64,000 nt of DNA from the NCBI GenBank assembly GCA_950097015.1, contig CATNEN010000039.1, positions 14,446,001 through 14,510,000 of the forward strand, in the 5' to 3' direction. The translations under genes were made by a program, and so were the position numbers. The DNA comes from Macrostomum hystrix. Its lineage: Eukaryota; Animalia; Platyhelminthes. Position 1 is the first letter of the stretch. The number at the start of each line of letters is the position of its first letter. The notes below the pieces were generated by a model. That model was given only the letters and a program-made list of their open reading frames with translations, made no database searches and was not told where the DNA came from. Below, one piece after another: positions 23,779 to 35,650 of this stretch.

Positions 23779-26278
23779 TTAGTGCTTGTGTGACACTCGC
23801 AGGTCGCTTCTATCGCGAGATTCGCTGCGAGATCTGGAATGAGATCTTCTATTGGACTTCTTTGACATCGGCTTTTGAATGCGTCCTGATTTAGACCGCC
23901 GCTCGGGACTCGGAGACCGTCTGGTCCTCGGTCGCTGCTCGGGACTCGGAGACCGTCTGGTCCTCGGTCGCTGCTCGGGACTCGGAGACCGTCTGGTCCT
24001 CGGTCGCTGCTCGGGACTCGGAGACCGTCTGGTCCTCGGTCGCTGCTCGGGACTCGGAGACCGTCTGGTCCTCGGTCGCTGCTCGGGACTCGGAGACCGT
24101 CTGGTCCTCGGTCGCTGCTCGGGACTCGGAGACCGTCTGGTCCTCGGTCGCTGCTCGGGGACTCGGAGACCGTCTGGTCCTCGGTCGCTGCTCGGGACTC
24201 GGAGACCGTCTGGTCCTCGGTCGCTGCTCGGGACTCGGAGACCGTCTGGTCCTCGGTCGCTGCTCGGGACTCGGAGACCGTCTGGTCCTCGGTCGCTGCT
24301 CGGGACTCGGAGACCGTCTGGTCCTCGGTCGCTGCTCGGGACTCGGAGACCGTCTGGTCCTCGGTCGCTGCTCGGGACTCGGAGATCGCCGCCTTTTGTA
24401 CCCATTACCAGCAGGACTCGGAGACCGCTGTCGTTGCCTCGACTTGCCACCACGAGAAGCAGAAGCCGCTTTGTCTCGCCTAAAATCGCGCCACACCTTG
24501 GCAACAGACTGGCAAAAGTCGACATGAATGCGTCGATCGTCGATGAGCACGTTGTCCATTTTAAAATAGGCAGCTTCGCAATCTTCCGCTCGTTTGAATT
24601 CAATAAATGCGTATTGAAGGGATTCGCCTGCGAATGAGTATACGAGGATCAATATGCGCACCTGTTAAAGACTTCAGCATTTCATTTAACTAGTTCTCCA
24701 TACCTTCGGGTGTTAAACATAGCTCTCTCCCTTGTTCTCCCACCCAGTTCTCTGCCTAATTCTACCATCTACCCGACCTCCAGCGGCTCACCAGTTCGCT
24801 TGCTGCGAATAACCTCGCAGGAATGAATGTCGCCGAATCGACTAAAAATGGTTTCAAGATCCTCGTCTGAAGTAACGGGATTTAACTTGCAGACGAATAG
24901 TACATTGTCCGGTGGCTTAACATCCTCGTCTGGCAGGTCGCCAATCATTGCCAGCAGGCGAGCGTTTGACTCAGCCTCTCGCTGCTGACGATATTCAGCC
25001 GCCTCCTCCTGGGTCAGTCCCTCCGTGTCGTCTATAGCGTCCTCGGCGCCAATGCGATCGGTTCGGGCGAGCTGGTCTATGGAGGGCTCCGGCGACCTGG
25101 TTGGGAAGATTGGCTGATGCTTTTTTGGTTGGTTTGCTCTTGGGTAGGTCAATTAGAGGGTTGGGTAGGTCAATTAGAGGGTTGGGTAGGTCAATTAGAG
25201 GGTTGGATAGGTCAATTAGAGGGTTGGATAGGTCAATTAGAGGGTTGGATAGGTCAATTAGAGGGTTGGATAGGTCAATTAGAGGGTTGGATAGGTCAAT
25301 TAGAGGGTTGGGTAGGTCAATTAGAGGGTTGGATAGGTCAATTAGAGGGTTGGGTAGGTCAATTAGAGGGTTGGATAGGTCAATTAGAGGGTTGGATAGG
25401 TCAATTAGAGGGTTGGATAGGTCAATTAGAGGGTTGGGTAGGTCAATTAGAGGGTTGGATAGGTCAATTAGAGGGTTGGATAGGTCAATTAGAGGGTTGG
25501 GTAGGTCAATTAGAGGGTTGGGTAGGTCAATTAGCGGCTTGGGTAGGTCAATTAGCGGGTTGGGTAGGCCAATTAGCGGCTTGGGTAGGCCAATTAGTGG
25601 GTGGAGTAGGTTTTCTGATTGGTTGGGTAGATTGGTTAGCGGGTTGGGTAGGTTGGTTAGCGGGTTGGGTAGTTCAGTAATTGGCAGTTCCAGTGTGTTA
25701 GTTAGTAGGTGGACAGTGGATCGAGTATGTCGAATTTGAATATAAATAGCAGACCTGTCAGGAATGACGAGTCCAGGTGGATCAGGGAACGGGTCGTCCA
25801 GCACAATGGTGTGGTAGATGCGCACATCCTGATATGGTCGATGATCCCGATCGCAATAGACTTCGTTGAGCTTGTCCAGTGTGTCGAATCCCTCGGCAAC
25901 CTGGCCGAACACGGTGTGCTCGCCGTCTAGGGAGTCCAAGGCGTCGCCAAGAGTGAAAAAGAACTGGGAGCCGTGAGTGCCGGAACCGCTATTGACCATG
26001 CTGATACAGCCGCGTCTAAGGTGCTTCATCTTTGGTCGTAGCTCGCGGTCGAAGAATCTCTCGCCGCAAAGATGGGCGTAGATTGACTCACCGCCTCGCC
26101 CGGTACCGGTAGGGTCGCCTGACTGAGCAACCAGGCCCCGTTGTACTGAATGAAACAGGCACAAATTGTAATACTTAATTTTGCAGAGTTTTAGAAAATT
26201 TTCACTACATTTTGGTCGCTCGCGGCAGTACAAATCCACTGTTAGATCGCCTAGGGATGTCTCGATTAGCACCGACAT
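23779..26278 (-). CDS. PPIL4: PPIL4 cyclophilin-RRM-RS protein, 3 exons, apparent +1 frameshift in the coding repeat
   Basis: Exons 26278-25755, 25096-24792, 24627-23779. Cyclophilin domain ([11 protein letters not shown]...GSQFF), IPDR|SPEP junction, RRM ([12 protein letters not shown]...SLQYAFIEF). An extra G at 24157-24160 moves the as-read stop to 23891. Confidence 0.93.
23902..24385 (-). repeat. Coding 36-bp minisatellite ([12 protein letters not shown], ~13 copies)
   Basis: Nucleotide-identical units inside the last PPIL4 exon, apart from one extra G. Confidence 0.95.
25141..25672. repeat. 21-bp intronic minisatellite (PPIL4 intron 1)
   Basis: Unit gggttggataggtcaattaga. Confidence 0.95.
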
Positions 26279-26385
26279 GAGTGACAGCTGTGGATCGGGT
26301 AAAAGTTAATTCAATAATTTAGACATTTATCAGTTCATTAATACTCGATGTCTACCTCATTTACACTTATATGACTGACCCACTG

Positions 26386-27015
26386 GCCAACTGATCACTC
26401 TATTACTCAACCATTTTATCTGACTGATCACTCTATTCCTCACCCATTTTAACTGACTGATCACTCTATTCCTCACCCATTTTAACTGACTGATCACTCT
26501 ATTCCTCACCCATTTTAACTGACTGATCACTCTATTCCTCACCCATTTGACCTGACTGATCACTCTATTCCTCACCCATTTTACCTGACTGATCACTCTA
26601 TTCCTCACCCATTTTAACTGACTGATCACTCTATTCCTCACCCATTTTAACTGACTGATCACTCTATTCCTCACCCATTTTACCTGACTGATCACTCTAT
26701 TCCTCACCCATTTTAACCGACTGATCACTCTATTCCTCACCCATTTTACCTGACTGATCACTCTATTCCTCACCCATTTTAACTGACTCATCACTCTATT
26801 CCTCACCCATTTTAACTGACTGATCACTCTATTCCTCACCCATTTTAACTGACTGATCACTCTATTCCTCACCCGTTTTACCTGACTGATCACTCTATTC
26901 CTCACCCGTTTTACCTGACTGATCACTCTATTCCTCACCTATTTTACCTGACTGATCACTCTATTCCTCACCCATTTTACCTGACTGATCACTCTATTCC
27001 TCACCCATTTTACCT
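26386..27015. repeat. 33-bp minisatellite in the BUD31-PPIL4 spacer
   Basis: Unit ctgactgatcactctattcctcacccattttac/aa. Confidence 0.95.
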
Positions 27016-27366
27016 GGTTGGTTACCATTTAACTTAAACATTTCAACTGACTTTTCTTCAACTGATATTTCAAACAAAAAACAAAAATACAATGCTGGTG
27101 GATTTGCCGATAAAACTTTCAAATTGTAATCGAGTTTGTTTTATAATTAGATTTCACAGATAATAAATGAGCCAATTGTGGCTAATTGAAACGATGAATA
27201 GTCACATGAAGCAGTTGATAGACAGAACAATTGTCGGGATAATGTATAGCAGAGCACTTACTGGAGTGCACATTGGGGATTACAGTGAATGCAGTTAGTA
27301 TGCAGCGGATATTTTTTGCTGATAAAACTGTCTCATTATTACCCAAGTTGCAGTTGAATACAACTG

Positions 27367-27801
27367 CTAGCCTGAACAGCCGCGACAGCCGCAATTCTGG
27401 CATTCAACAATTTTGCCCTCTTCCAATTTGCTTTTGGGCACGCGGCAGATGCAATTGGTGGCAAAATTGGTGTCACGACTCTGAATGCATCTTAGACAGC
27501 AGAGATTCTCGTAGCCCTGCTTCTTCCATTTGGCCATTAGGCTGGCGTCGGCTAGTTTCTCTTTTATACAATAGTCGAACAATTCGCGAGAGATAGCCTT
27601 GCGCTTGTGATATAGATCGAATATGTAGCGAGTGCGCTGGTGATGAATGCGAAATATTGGCCATTCGGCTTCGACCTTTCTCTTGCCCTCGTGCGGCTCG
27701 CGTTCAGCTTCGCGCATTTTTCTACTTAGCTCCTCCAGAGTAGGCTCAATCATCTCGTAGCCATCTGGCGGCGGCTTCTTTGTGCGCCTAACCTTGCCCA
27801 T
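27367..27801 (-). CDS. BUD31: BUD31/G10 spliceosomal protein, 144 aa, intronless CDS
   Basis: [14 protein letters not shown]...[14 protein letters not shown]...[12 protein letters not shown]...CICRVPK...CGCRGCSG; length matches the family. Confidence 0.97.
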   Translation of the reverse strand: MGKVRRTKKPPPDGYEMIEPTLEELSRKMREAEREPHEGKRKVEAEWPIFRIHHQRTRYIFDLYHKRKAISRELFDYCIKEKLADASLMAKWKKQGYENLCCLRCIQSRDTNFATNCICRVPKSKLEEGKIVECQNCGCRGCSG

Positions 27802-28841
27802 CTTAGCTGATTGGCTGCAGCACAATGTTAAGATTTTAATCTATTAGTGGATGTGTACTCTATGACAGTATCTTAAATATGCAATAGAATTGGATTAAAT
27901 ACGAGTATATATTGATAAAACTTTACAAATCCCACTCACAACTTACAATTGTTTTCTGAACTGTCAGCCCTACTATATTTTATATAGTTTTACATTGTAC
28001 TTTTTTAACTAATTTAATTCAAATAAATTAATTAAACTATATAACTAGAGTTTTATTTAAATTTAATTACCAAAGTATTCAAATTACAAAAAATAGGATA
28101 AATTAGTTTTTTAGTCAACAAAATTATTTACAATATTTAATTACAAGATTGACAACCTTCATTTCCAAGCCTAAAATTAAACTTTTAAACCATGTTGGCA
28201 GATAAAAAGTTAATATTATTTTTGCTAATTATCTAAGAGTTTTTGTGAAAAAGCTTTTAATAAGCCTGAATTTGATGGTCTTTGTTTTATTAAGCATATT
28301 CTAACAAAACACTATTAAACATAATAAAAAGTCTACAAAAACATATCAAGACTTATCCTTTGTATTGCAACTGCAATTGAATATGTGCAAATTGAATAAA
28401 ATTGTTTAAATGCATAATATTTTGTAAAATATACTGTAATTATTAGAATATTAGAATATAGAATACCAGAATAACTGAGATATGATACCAAGATAAAACT
28501 AGATACCTTACCAGACTAACTAATTATGCTACCCAGAAGTTATTTTTTTATATGTATAAAATACATTCTCAGAGACAAATTCTAAGAAAGCTCTACAACA
28601 ACCTTAGTGGCAGTAATAATGAAATTACTTAGAGTTTATGGGCAGTTTCATGAGGAAGTCATCAATAAGATTGCTTTTTTATAAAAGTGAATATTTTTTC
28701 TACATGACTGTTTTGATCACAGTACCCCTACAATCATTTCAATGTTCCATGGGACATTGAAATTATAAAGACAATATATATGTTCTTGGAATTCAAGCCC
28801 TTCAGAGATACTGTTAATAAATTTTTTATATGCCTTAAAAT

Positions 28842-29084
28842 CATATATGCGCAACACCTGGCCAAACCGGCCAGGTGAAATGAGGGCCAAGCAAGGTAAG
28901 TTGCAAAAAACAAATAAACCAAGTGCAAAAAAATCAAAGGGGGGACCAAGGGACAAAAAAGGAAGGCGTGAAGAAAAGGAAAGAGGGGAGAGAATAAGAG
29001 AGCAAATGAGAGCAAACTAATTCGAAAGTAGAGCAAAAACTAAGTTGCATGGCTGGCTAAGATTTGGGAGGTTGCGCATGTATG
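28842..29084 (-). mobile_element. MITE family B, older inverted copy
   Basis: TIRs catatatgcgcaac / gttgcgcatgtatg; body is the reverse complement of 31109-31389 with substitutions and a deletion; no TSD. Confidence 0.85.
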
Positions 29085-29389
29085 ACCAGGATACAGTCTT
29101 TCTGCCACCAAACTCCTGTAGCAGCCAGTTCAGCAGGCACCAGGCCTGAAGCTGCGGATCTGCCTCCTGTTTAACTGGGTTCCATTACTATGCAACTCAC
29201 CATTGGCTGCTGGGCCCTTGTGAACTATTTTGGAGAGTTGCTTCCAGGCCAAAGTGAGGAGATCAAATCCAGGCCAGAAATGGGGTGGAAAGTTAATGTG
29301 ATGTTGAAGAGTGGTGGAAGCTTTACATTGCTTTGAAGAAAGGACTCAATATCACTGCCAAATACATCCTCTCCATTATGCAGCCCCTG

Positions 29390-29660
29390 TTCCTACTGAC
29401 TTGCTGACTCCTGAGCACACACGCACACAGATACTATATGCAGGCGTACACTCACACAGCTGTGTACATCTGCCCTAACTTTCTTTTTATCAGGCAGTGT
29501 ACATTTCACAGTGCCTTGGAGGCTGGCCCTCAAGGGCATAAATTTCACAAGCCCCCAAAGCCTTCTCTCCACAGCTATGCCCCAAATAAATGTGCCTTAC
29601 CAAATTATCAAACTTAGGGACCATGGTGCAAGAGGCAAACACATTAACTGCTCTACCAGA
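29390..29660 (-). mobile_element. Degenerate SINE family A copy
   Basis: Reverse complement aligns by eye to the head and body of the SINE at 15167, with CpGs converted to TpG/CpA. Confidence 0.85.
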
Positions 29661-31108
29661 AAGTTCTGGTAGTTCTAATTTTTTATATCCTACAAGTTGT
29701 TTACACATTTTTGATATAATGTCTAAGTAATTTCAATTAGTCTCCTAGATTAGAATGTATATTGTATATATAAAAAATAATTTCTTGGTAGCCTATTTAG
29801 TCTGGGAGCATATCCAGTTAGTCTAAGTATTGTATATAGTTATTCTGAGTATCATATTTAGTTATTCTGGGTTATTTTGTCTAGGTAGTGTATTTAGTTA
29901 TTCTGGCCAATTACTTTCTACTTCTCTATCTTGAATTCTTTTAGCATTTGTCTCCATATATTTTAAGAAGAACAGAAGATTACTTCAAAGTACAATTCTA
30001 TATAAACTTGGTATTAAACCATAAGTTGATTTTCTTTTCTTCTAGTCATCTGTATTTATAGTCATTTTAGTCAAAATGGTGGACAACTTATAACAATAAT
30101 ATTATTTACTCTAAAATAACTTTTTTAAACAACTTTTATTCAGTAAAACTAGAAGTTGAAAATTTATACAATAAATTTCTTTGAAATGTTTTGTTTTAAA
30201 TGGCCAAACTAAAAAAATAAGATTCTATTTCTTGAACTTTTAGTAAATTATCATAATAATGATTATTTATAAAGATATTATAAAGATTATGCAAGATTAT
30301 TATTTGCATTTACCCATATCATTTAAAATGATTGTCTTCCAAAACTTCGGGGTGCTATTCCACTTTGTAACCTTTAGTTCTTTTTTAATTAGGGGCCTAT
30401 GTATTTCAACTAACTTTGTTATGTTAACTACAGATAGGCCTATATAATATTAAAGTTTTAGGATTCTGATCATTTTAGGGGCAAATTTCTTTTTGAAATG
30501 ATTGTTATCTAAAACTGAAACAATAGATACAGTCTTACTTGGAATAAGATCTAAAAGAGAAGTGCTACAGTTTTGCAAGACAATCATTTGAATGAGAATT
30601 ATGACATAAAATGATTGTCATCTGAAACTAATATATGTGGTCTAGATTGTAATATATAAATATATGGTCCTAATTTCAAAATAAGTACTGAAATCATTTG
30701 GGCATTGGTATTACTCCCAATGTCAAATTTTTATTCTCTGGAAATCATGTGCACTGTTGCTTAAAAAATAAATTTTAATTCTTTAGAATGATGTTTACAT
30801 GTAAAATCAGTTGACTTTGCAATGATTATCTGAAATAATTATTATAGATATAGACACTAGGCCCTATATCAATGGCATGAACCTAGAATCCTAGCACTTG
30901 TGATATGGGCCACTATTTATGTTAGGCCTATGTAGAATCAGCTTGAAATGCTAATATTTATTGAACATTGGTGCAATGTAAAAGTTCCCATTTGCCATCA
31001 GCATTGCTAGACATCAGAAAATCTGTCAATGTCAGCCAAAATTGGATTACCTGTCATTAAATATAGACATAGCCACACACTGCTTTAGGCCTAACATTTG
31101 AAACATCA

Positions 31109-31389
31109 CATACATGCGCAACCTCCCAAATCTTAGGCGGCCGTGCAACTTAGTTTTTGCTCTTATTTGCGACTTAGTTCGTTTCATTGCTCTATTTACG
31201 ACTTAGTTTGCTCTCATTTGCTCTCTTTTTCTCTCCCCTTTTTCCTTTTCTTCACGCCTTCCTTTTTTGTCCCTTGGTCCCCCCTTTGATTTTTTTGCGC
31301 TTGATCGATTGGTTTTTGCGACTTACCTTGCTTGGCCCTTGTTTCACCCGGCCAGTTCGGCCGGGTCGGCCGGGTGTTGCGCATGTATG
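31109..31389 (+). mobile_element. MITE family B (hAT/P-like), 281 bp
   Basis: 14-bp TIR catacatgcgcaac; 8-bp TSD aaacatca. Confidence 0.92.
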
Positions 31390-31533
31390 AAACATCAGGC
31401 AAGTGCAAGCATTTTGCCATAGATATATCTGCGCACATTTGGCTCTATGCACTGCAACATCAACAAGTTTAAATTAAATTAAACATTTAGAATGACAAAA
31501 TGTTTAAAAACAAATGAATTTAATGTTTTGGTA

Positions 31534-31819
31534 CATACATGCGCAACCTCCCAAATCTTAGCTGGCCTTGCGACTTAGTTTTTGCTCTTATTTGCGACTT
31601 AGGCCTAGTTCGTTTCATTGCTCTATTTACGACTTAGTTTGCTCTCATTTGCTCTCTTTTTCTCTCCCCTTTTTCCTTTTCTTCACGCCTTACTTTTTTG
31701 TCCCTTGGTCCCCCCTTTGATTTTTTGCGCTTGGTCGATTGGTTTTTGGGACTTACCTTGCTTGGCCCTCGTTTCACCCGGCCGGTTCGGCCAGGTCGGC
31801 CGGGTGTTGCGCATGTATG
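31534..31819 (+). mobile_element. MITE family B, second young copy
   Basis: Same TIRs; TSD gttttggta on both sides. Confidence 0.92.
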
Positions 31820-32254
31820 GTTTTGGTAAATAGACCCTACTTGACATGCAAAACTAGAGAATTACCTGCAACAGCTAGGCCTAGTCTTAAGTATTTACAA
31901 AGGCCTAGTAAACAAAGCAGTAGGCCTACACAGTTATTTTTAACAATGAGCTTGTTTACAACAACTATTTTTATGCAGTTATTAGGCCCTATATATATGG
32001 TGACCATACAGACAACAAAATGTCAATTTTATATGGTAGTAGTAGTAGAGTGTTGGTTCAGGCAAGCAGCCTGTTTTTCCTATATTGAGTAGGCCTATTT
32101 GTTAAATATTCAAGTGTTCAATACAAAATAATTTTTAGCTACTATAATTAAAATTAAATTTGCAGACGCATATTTGGTAGGCATTTTTTAATTTGTACGA
32201 AAAGGGGGAACGAGTATAAAACGAGGTAGAGCGAAAGAGGTAGGGAAGTGGCTA

Positions 32255-32504
32255 GGAAGTGGCTATTCGTACGGCAGTCCGGAAATATAAAATCCAATAA
32301 TTCACCATGAGGAAGCTTGCCGCGGGTTGGCAAACACGTCTAATTTTATCATCTAACCGTGCAGAAAATTATCAAACAGTTTTTATTCATAAGAAAAATC
32401 TACAAGCATCGCAGGTTACATTTTAGATTTGTTATAACTCGTTTCATCATTTCTTGGAAATGCACTACAAGATAGGAGATTCTGCCGTACGAATAGCCAC
32501 TACC
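32255..32504. mobile_element. MITE family C, ~250 bp
   Basis: 23-bp TIR with 22/23 match: ggaagtggctattcgtacggcag / ctgccgtacgaatagccactacc; no clear TSD. Confidence 0.75.
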
Positions 32505-32839
32505 AAGAGGTAGAGCGAATTTCATGTCTTCAAGAATTAATTCAAAAACGTTGATGCAAAACAGACAAAAGTGTTAAAATGCAAATTATTTTTAATAGAG
32601 AATTAAGAAGGGAAGTATGACATCGTTCTAGTTGGCTTGCAGGTCCGGCCAGTATTGCAACTGTCAAGTGAGAAGACTTGAGTGACTAGCTAGGCTGGCG
32701 ATATTACCGCCCACCACACCCGGCCACTGGGGAGTGTTACTGTGTGGTCTCTGATGAATAGACTCACTCATCAGAGACTAAATCGTCGCGACATGCTGCA
32801 TGCGGCGACAGACTTCGCCGACAGCTGCTGCACGAATCA

Positions 32840-33312
32840 GACATCCCTCCTGGACATCGCCAAGGCCTTTCATCAGATCGTCGTCAAGCCAGAATCTCGC
32901 CACCTCTTCATGTTCAGCACTCCCCTATATAGGCCTGATGAGACTGACAAGGCTCAGCATCATGGGCTTCACCAACGCGTCCGAAATTCTGCAAAGAGTT
33001 ATGACAGGCGTTCTCAGCGGCCTCCAGGCTGTCCGATGGGCGCACGACGACATCACAGTCTTCGCGAGTACTGTTGAAGAGCACAAGATCCGGCTGAGAG
33101 AATGTCTGCAGCGCCTCACGGACCACGGCATTACGCTGAACCCGGAGAGTGTCGACTAGCCCTGCCCTCCATTGACATCCTCGAGATGCGCATCAGCGCT
33201 AGAGAGGTCCATGTTCAGCCGGCGGCCGATAAAATCAATTGGCACCGAAGGAATTTAAGGAGCCGACAAGCGTGACGGAGCTGCGCTCCTTCCTCGGCTT
33301 AGCCACTTACCG
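32840..33312 (+). mobile_element. Ty3/Gypsy reverse transcriptase fragment (frameshifted)
   Basis: LDIAKAFHQI, MGFTNASEILQRVM, WAHDDITVF, ELRSFLGLATY. Confidence 0.88.
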
Positions 33313-33832
33313 AGGATCAGGATCCTAAGTACAGGGATCAGGATCATGTCGCTGATGAAACTGTGACACCCTAAATGATGAATTTCTTACCCCGGTTCCT
33401 AATATATGGAAGCTTGTACATGTACATGAATATTCCTCTATTTTGTGTTTGGACGATGACTAAAAATCTGTTGTGCGGTAGCGAATTTGGTAGTCATTGT
33501 AAGAAGGCATGCAGGGCCAGATTCTTACATAATTAGCTACTGCCGCTGTTTAATGCTGAACCTGAATGCTGAAATCGACGGACAAGTTATGCGGCGCCCC
33601 TTCAGGCAGGCTTGGCGCTCTCCTTACAGCAGGCGAAATTTTTCAGCGCCTATTTAATGACGTTTCATAGGCAAGCAGATAGCAGCCAGCGCTACAGTCC
33701 CTTATGGAGCTATGACCTCGAGATGGGCCAGTAGATCTGCCAACACGACAGCCCAGAAATTCTGGCCAACTGGCAGGCCCTTCTCGGCCTTGTAGCACAG
33801 TAATTAAAAGTCCAAACACGTGTTTAAAGAAA

Positions 33833-35650
33833 TATTATTATTATTGACGTGCGCCCGCCGATTGGGTGCTGATTTTTTTGTTTATATTTTATGTTTGAGG
33901 TTGAACAATTCGATTTTTAAAAAAGAAGGCGATAGGAAAACAGTAGCATGCATGAAATTAATTTTAGGTGAATAAAATATTTGAAAAAAAACAAACTTTT
34001 GAAATAAACAAAGGCATTAAAACAAAAAATGATATATAGAAATTTAAAGAGAAAATAAAAACTGACAAACAAGAAGAATAGCTATTGTGTTTTTGCATTC
34101 TAACTATGGGCCTCAGGGCAGTGGCTTTTTATCTAGCTTTAAGTATGCTTTCTCTGAAGTCCACAAAACTTTCTGTTAAGTCTGTGCTTTCCTGTGTCAT
34201 TAAATACACAATTTTGTCATCAGCTGTTAGGCTTTCGAAGTTTCGAACAGTACCTACCACTTTCTTTATGAATTAATTTCTAATTAGAAAATAAACGGAC
34301 CAATCGAATCTAAAGAGAATATGAGTTTCGTTCTCTATCTCGACTACATTTTGGACATGTTCTGTTTTCATAGGCGATTTTCGGTCTTACAGTGCGCAAT
34401 GTCTCACAGGCCAGTTTGTGGTTTCCTAGACGAAATCGGGACATTGTGCGCCTTTGTTCTGGGTTAGAGATTATTGTTAGGTACTTTTCTCGGGAGAAAT
34501 CTTTCTTAAACGTGTAATAGAAGTGGCTGAGCTTGGCTGATTTTCCCATCCTCTGAGTCCAGTGCCTTCGGAACTCTGACTCAAAGTTCTCCCTGTGCGT
34601 TTTGATGGACTTTGTTTTTCTAGTCTGTTGACAATTCCGCATTACTTCAAATATTCATTTTTCCCCAATGCCAACATCGCTGTATTCTGTTATCTGCCAC
34701 CAATTTCGCGATGATGGAGTCTGGTCGGCTCCGAACTGTGGACCAGTATTGAAGGCTTCTTTTTTGAATATTATATGTTGTAGTGCTTCTTCTATCTGCA
34801 CTTTCCTAGTAATTCAAATACATACTATAAGTGGTTGGCCTAAATTCCTTACTTATTACCTTCAGTCACTTAAAGTGACATATACATTATACCACACCCC
34901 TGCTCGGGTGGACTGATACAAACTACGAATAGTTTGGGTAGCGTGGCTCTTTGTCACGATATTTCTGGCCTTCTGCCAGTAGTATTCTAGATACTAAATC
35001 TAGTTAGTTCTGGAGATAATATTCTCAGGTGATTCAGACAAGTTGTCAGGTAATTCAGGCTCTCTGGCCAGTCTGTACTCGGGCTTCCCCGGATCGGTTT
35101 TAACGGCTTCCACTTACTTTAGAAATAAGTAAGGCTTTTGAATATGCTCACAAAGAGACTGAACTGTTTAAGCTCCAATTTAATGGCAGACCAAACGGTT
35201 AACTCCCTGTATGAAAACCCCTCTGTATTTATACCAAAATTCCTAATGAATACTCCCAGTGTATTTCAGTAAAGTAAAACAACGTTTATGTATAGATATT
35301 CGTAGCATATAAAAATATATAAAAGAATATTTCGCGCGCCATTTTAGTTTGGCCAATGAGGGCCCTTTACATATATAATAGTGGTAATTCGGAATTCGGA
35401 CTAACTTGCAGAATCGACTTGCAGATTCTAAAATTAATTCTCTCTATAAGGTTCCGATCCCAAGTACCCAGTTTCCAGGAGACAAAGGCTCCCCAGGCCT
35501 CTGATGCATAGAGAACTATGCTTTCAATCATAGTTGTGCTAAACAGGATGAGCTGTTTGTGTTTTTCTCTCTGAAATCCCGCCAACTTTCTCAGAAGGCA
35601 TGAGTATCTATTGTACCCTTCACGTTCATGTGAAACCCAAGATATTTCCA
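33833..35650 (-). mobile_element. Decayed non-LTR retrotransposon (RTE-X-like ORF2 C-terminus)
   Basis: LFSTTMIESIVLYASEAWG..IERINFRICK and YYTFKKDFSREKYL...FRLGNHKLACET...RTCPKC; candidate (AAT)n tail near 33833-33845. Confidence 0.7.

Noticed and set aside
24995-26278. 427-aa PPIL4 ORF with LIDLSNP repeats (also the 402-aa CDKL ORF)
   Set aside because: Read-through into minisatellite introns; GT-AG junctions restore the conserved protein sequence.
27802-27825. N-terminal extension MCCSQSAK on BUD31
   Set aside because: The ORF-track start is a TTG codon overlapping the acceptor region; the conserved 144-aa protein starts at 27801.
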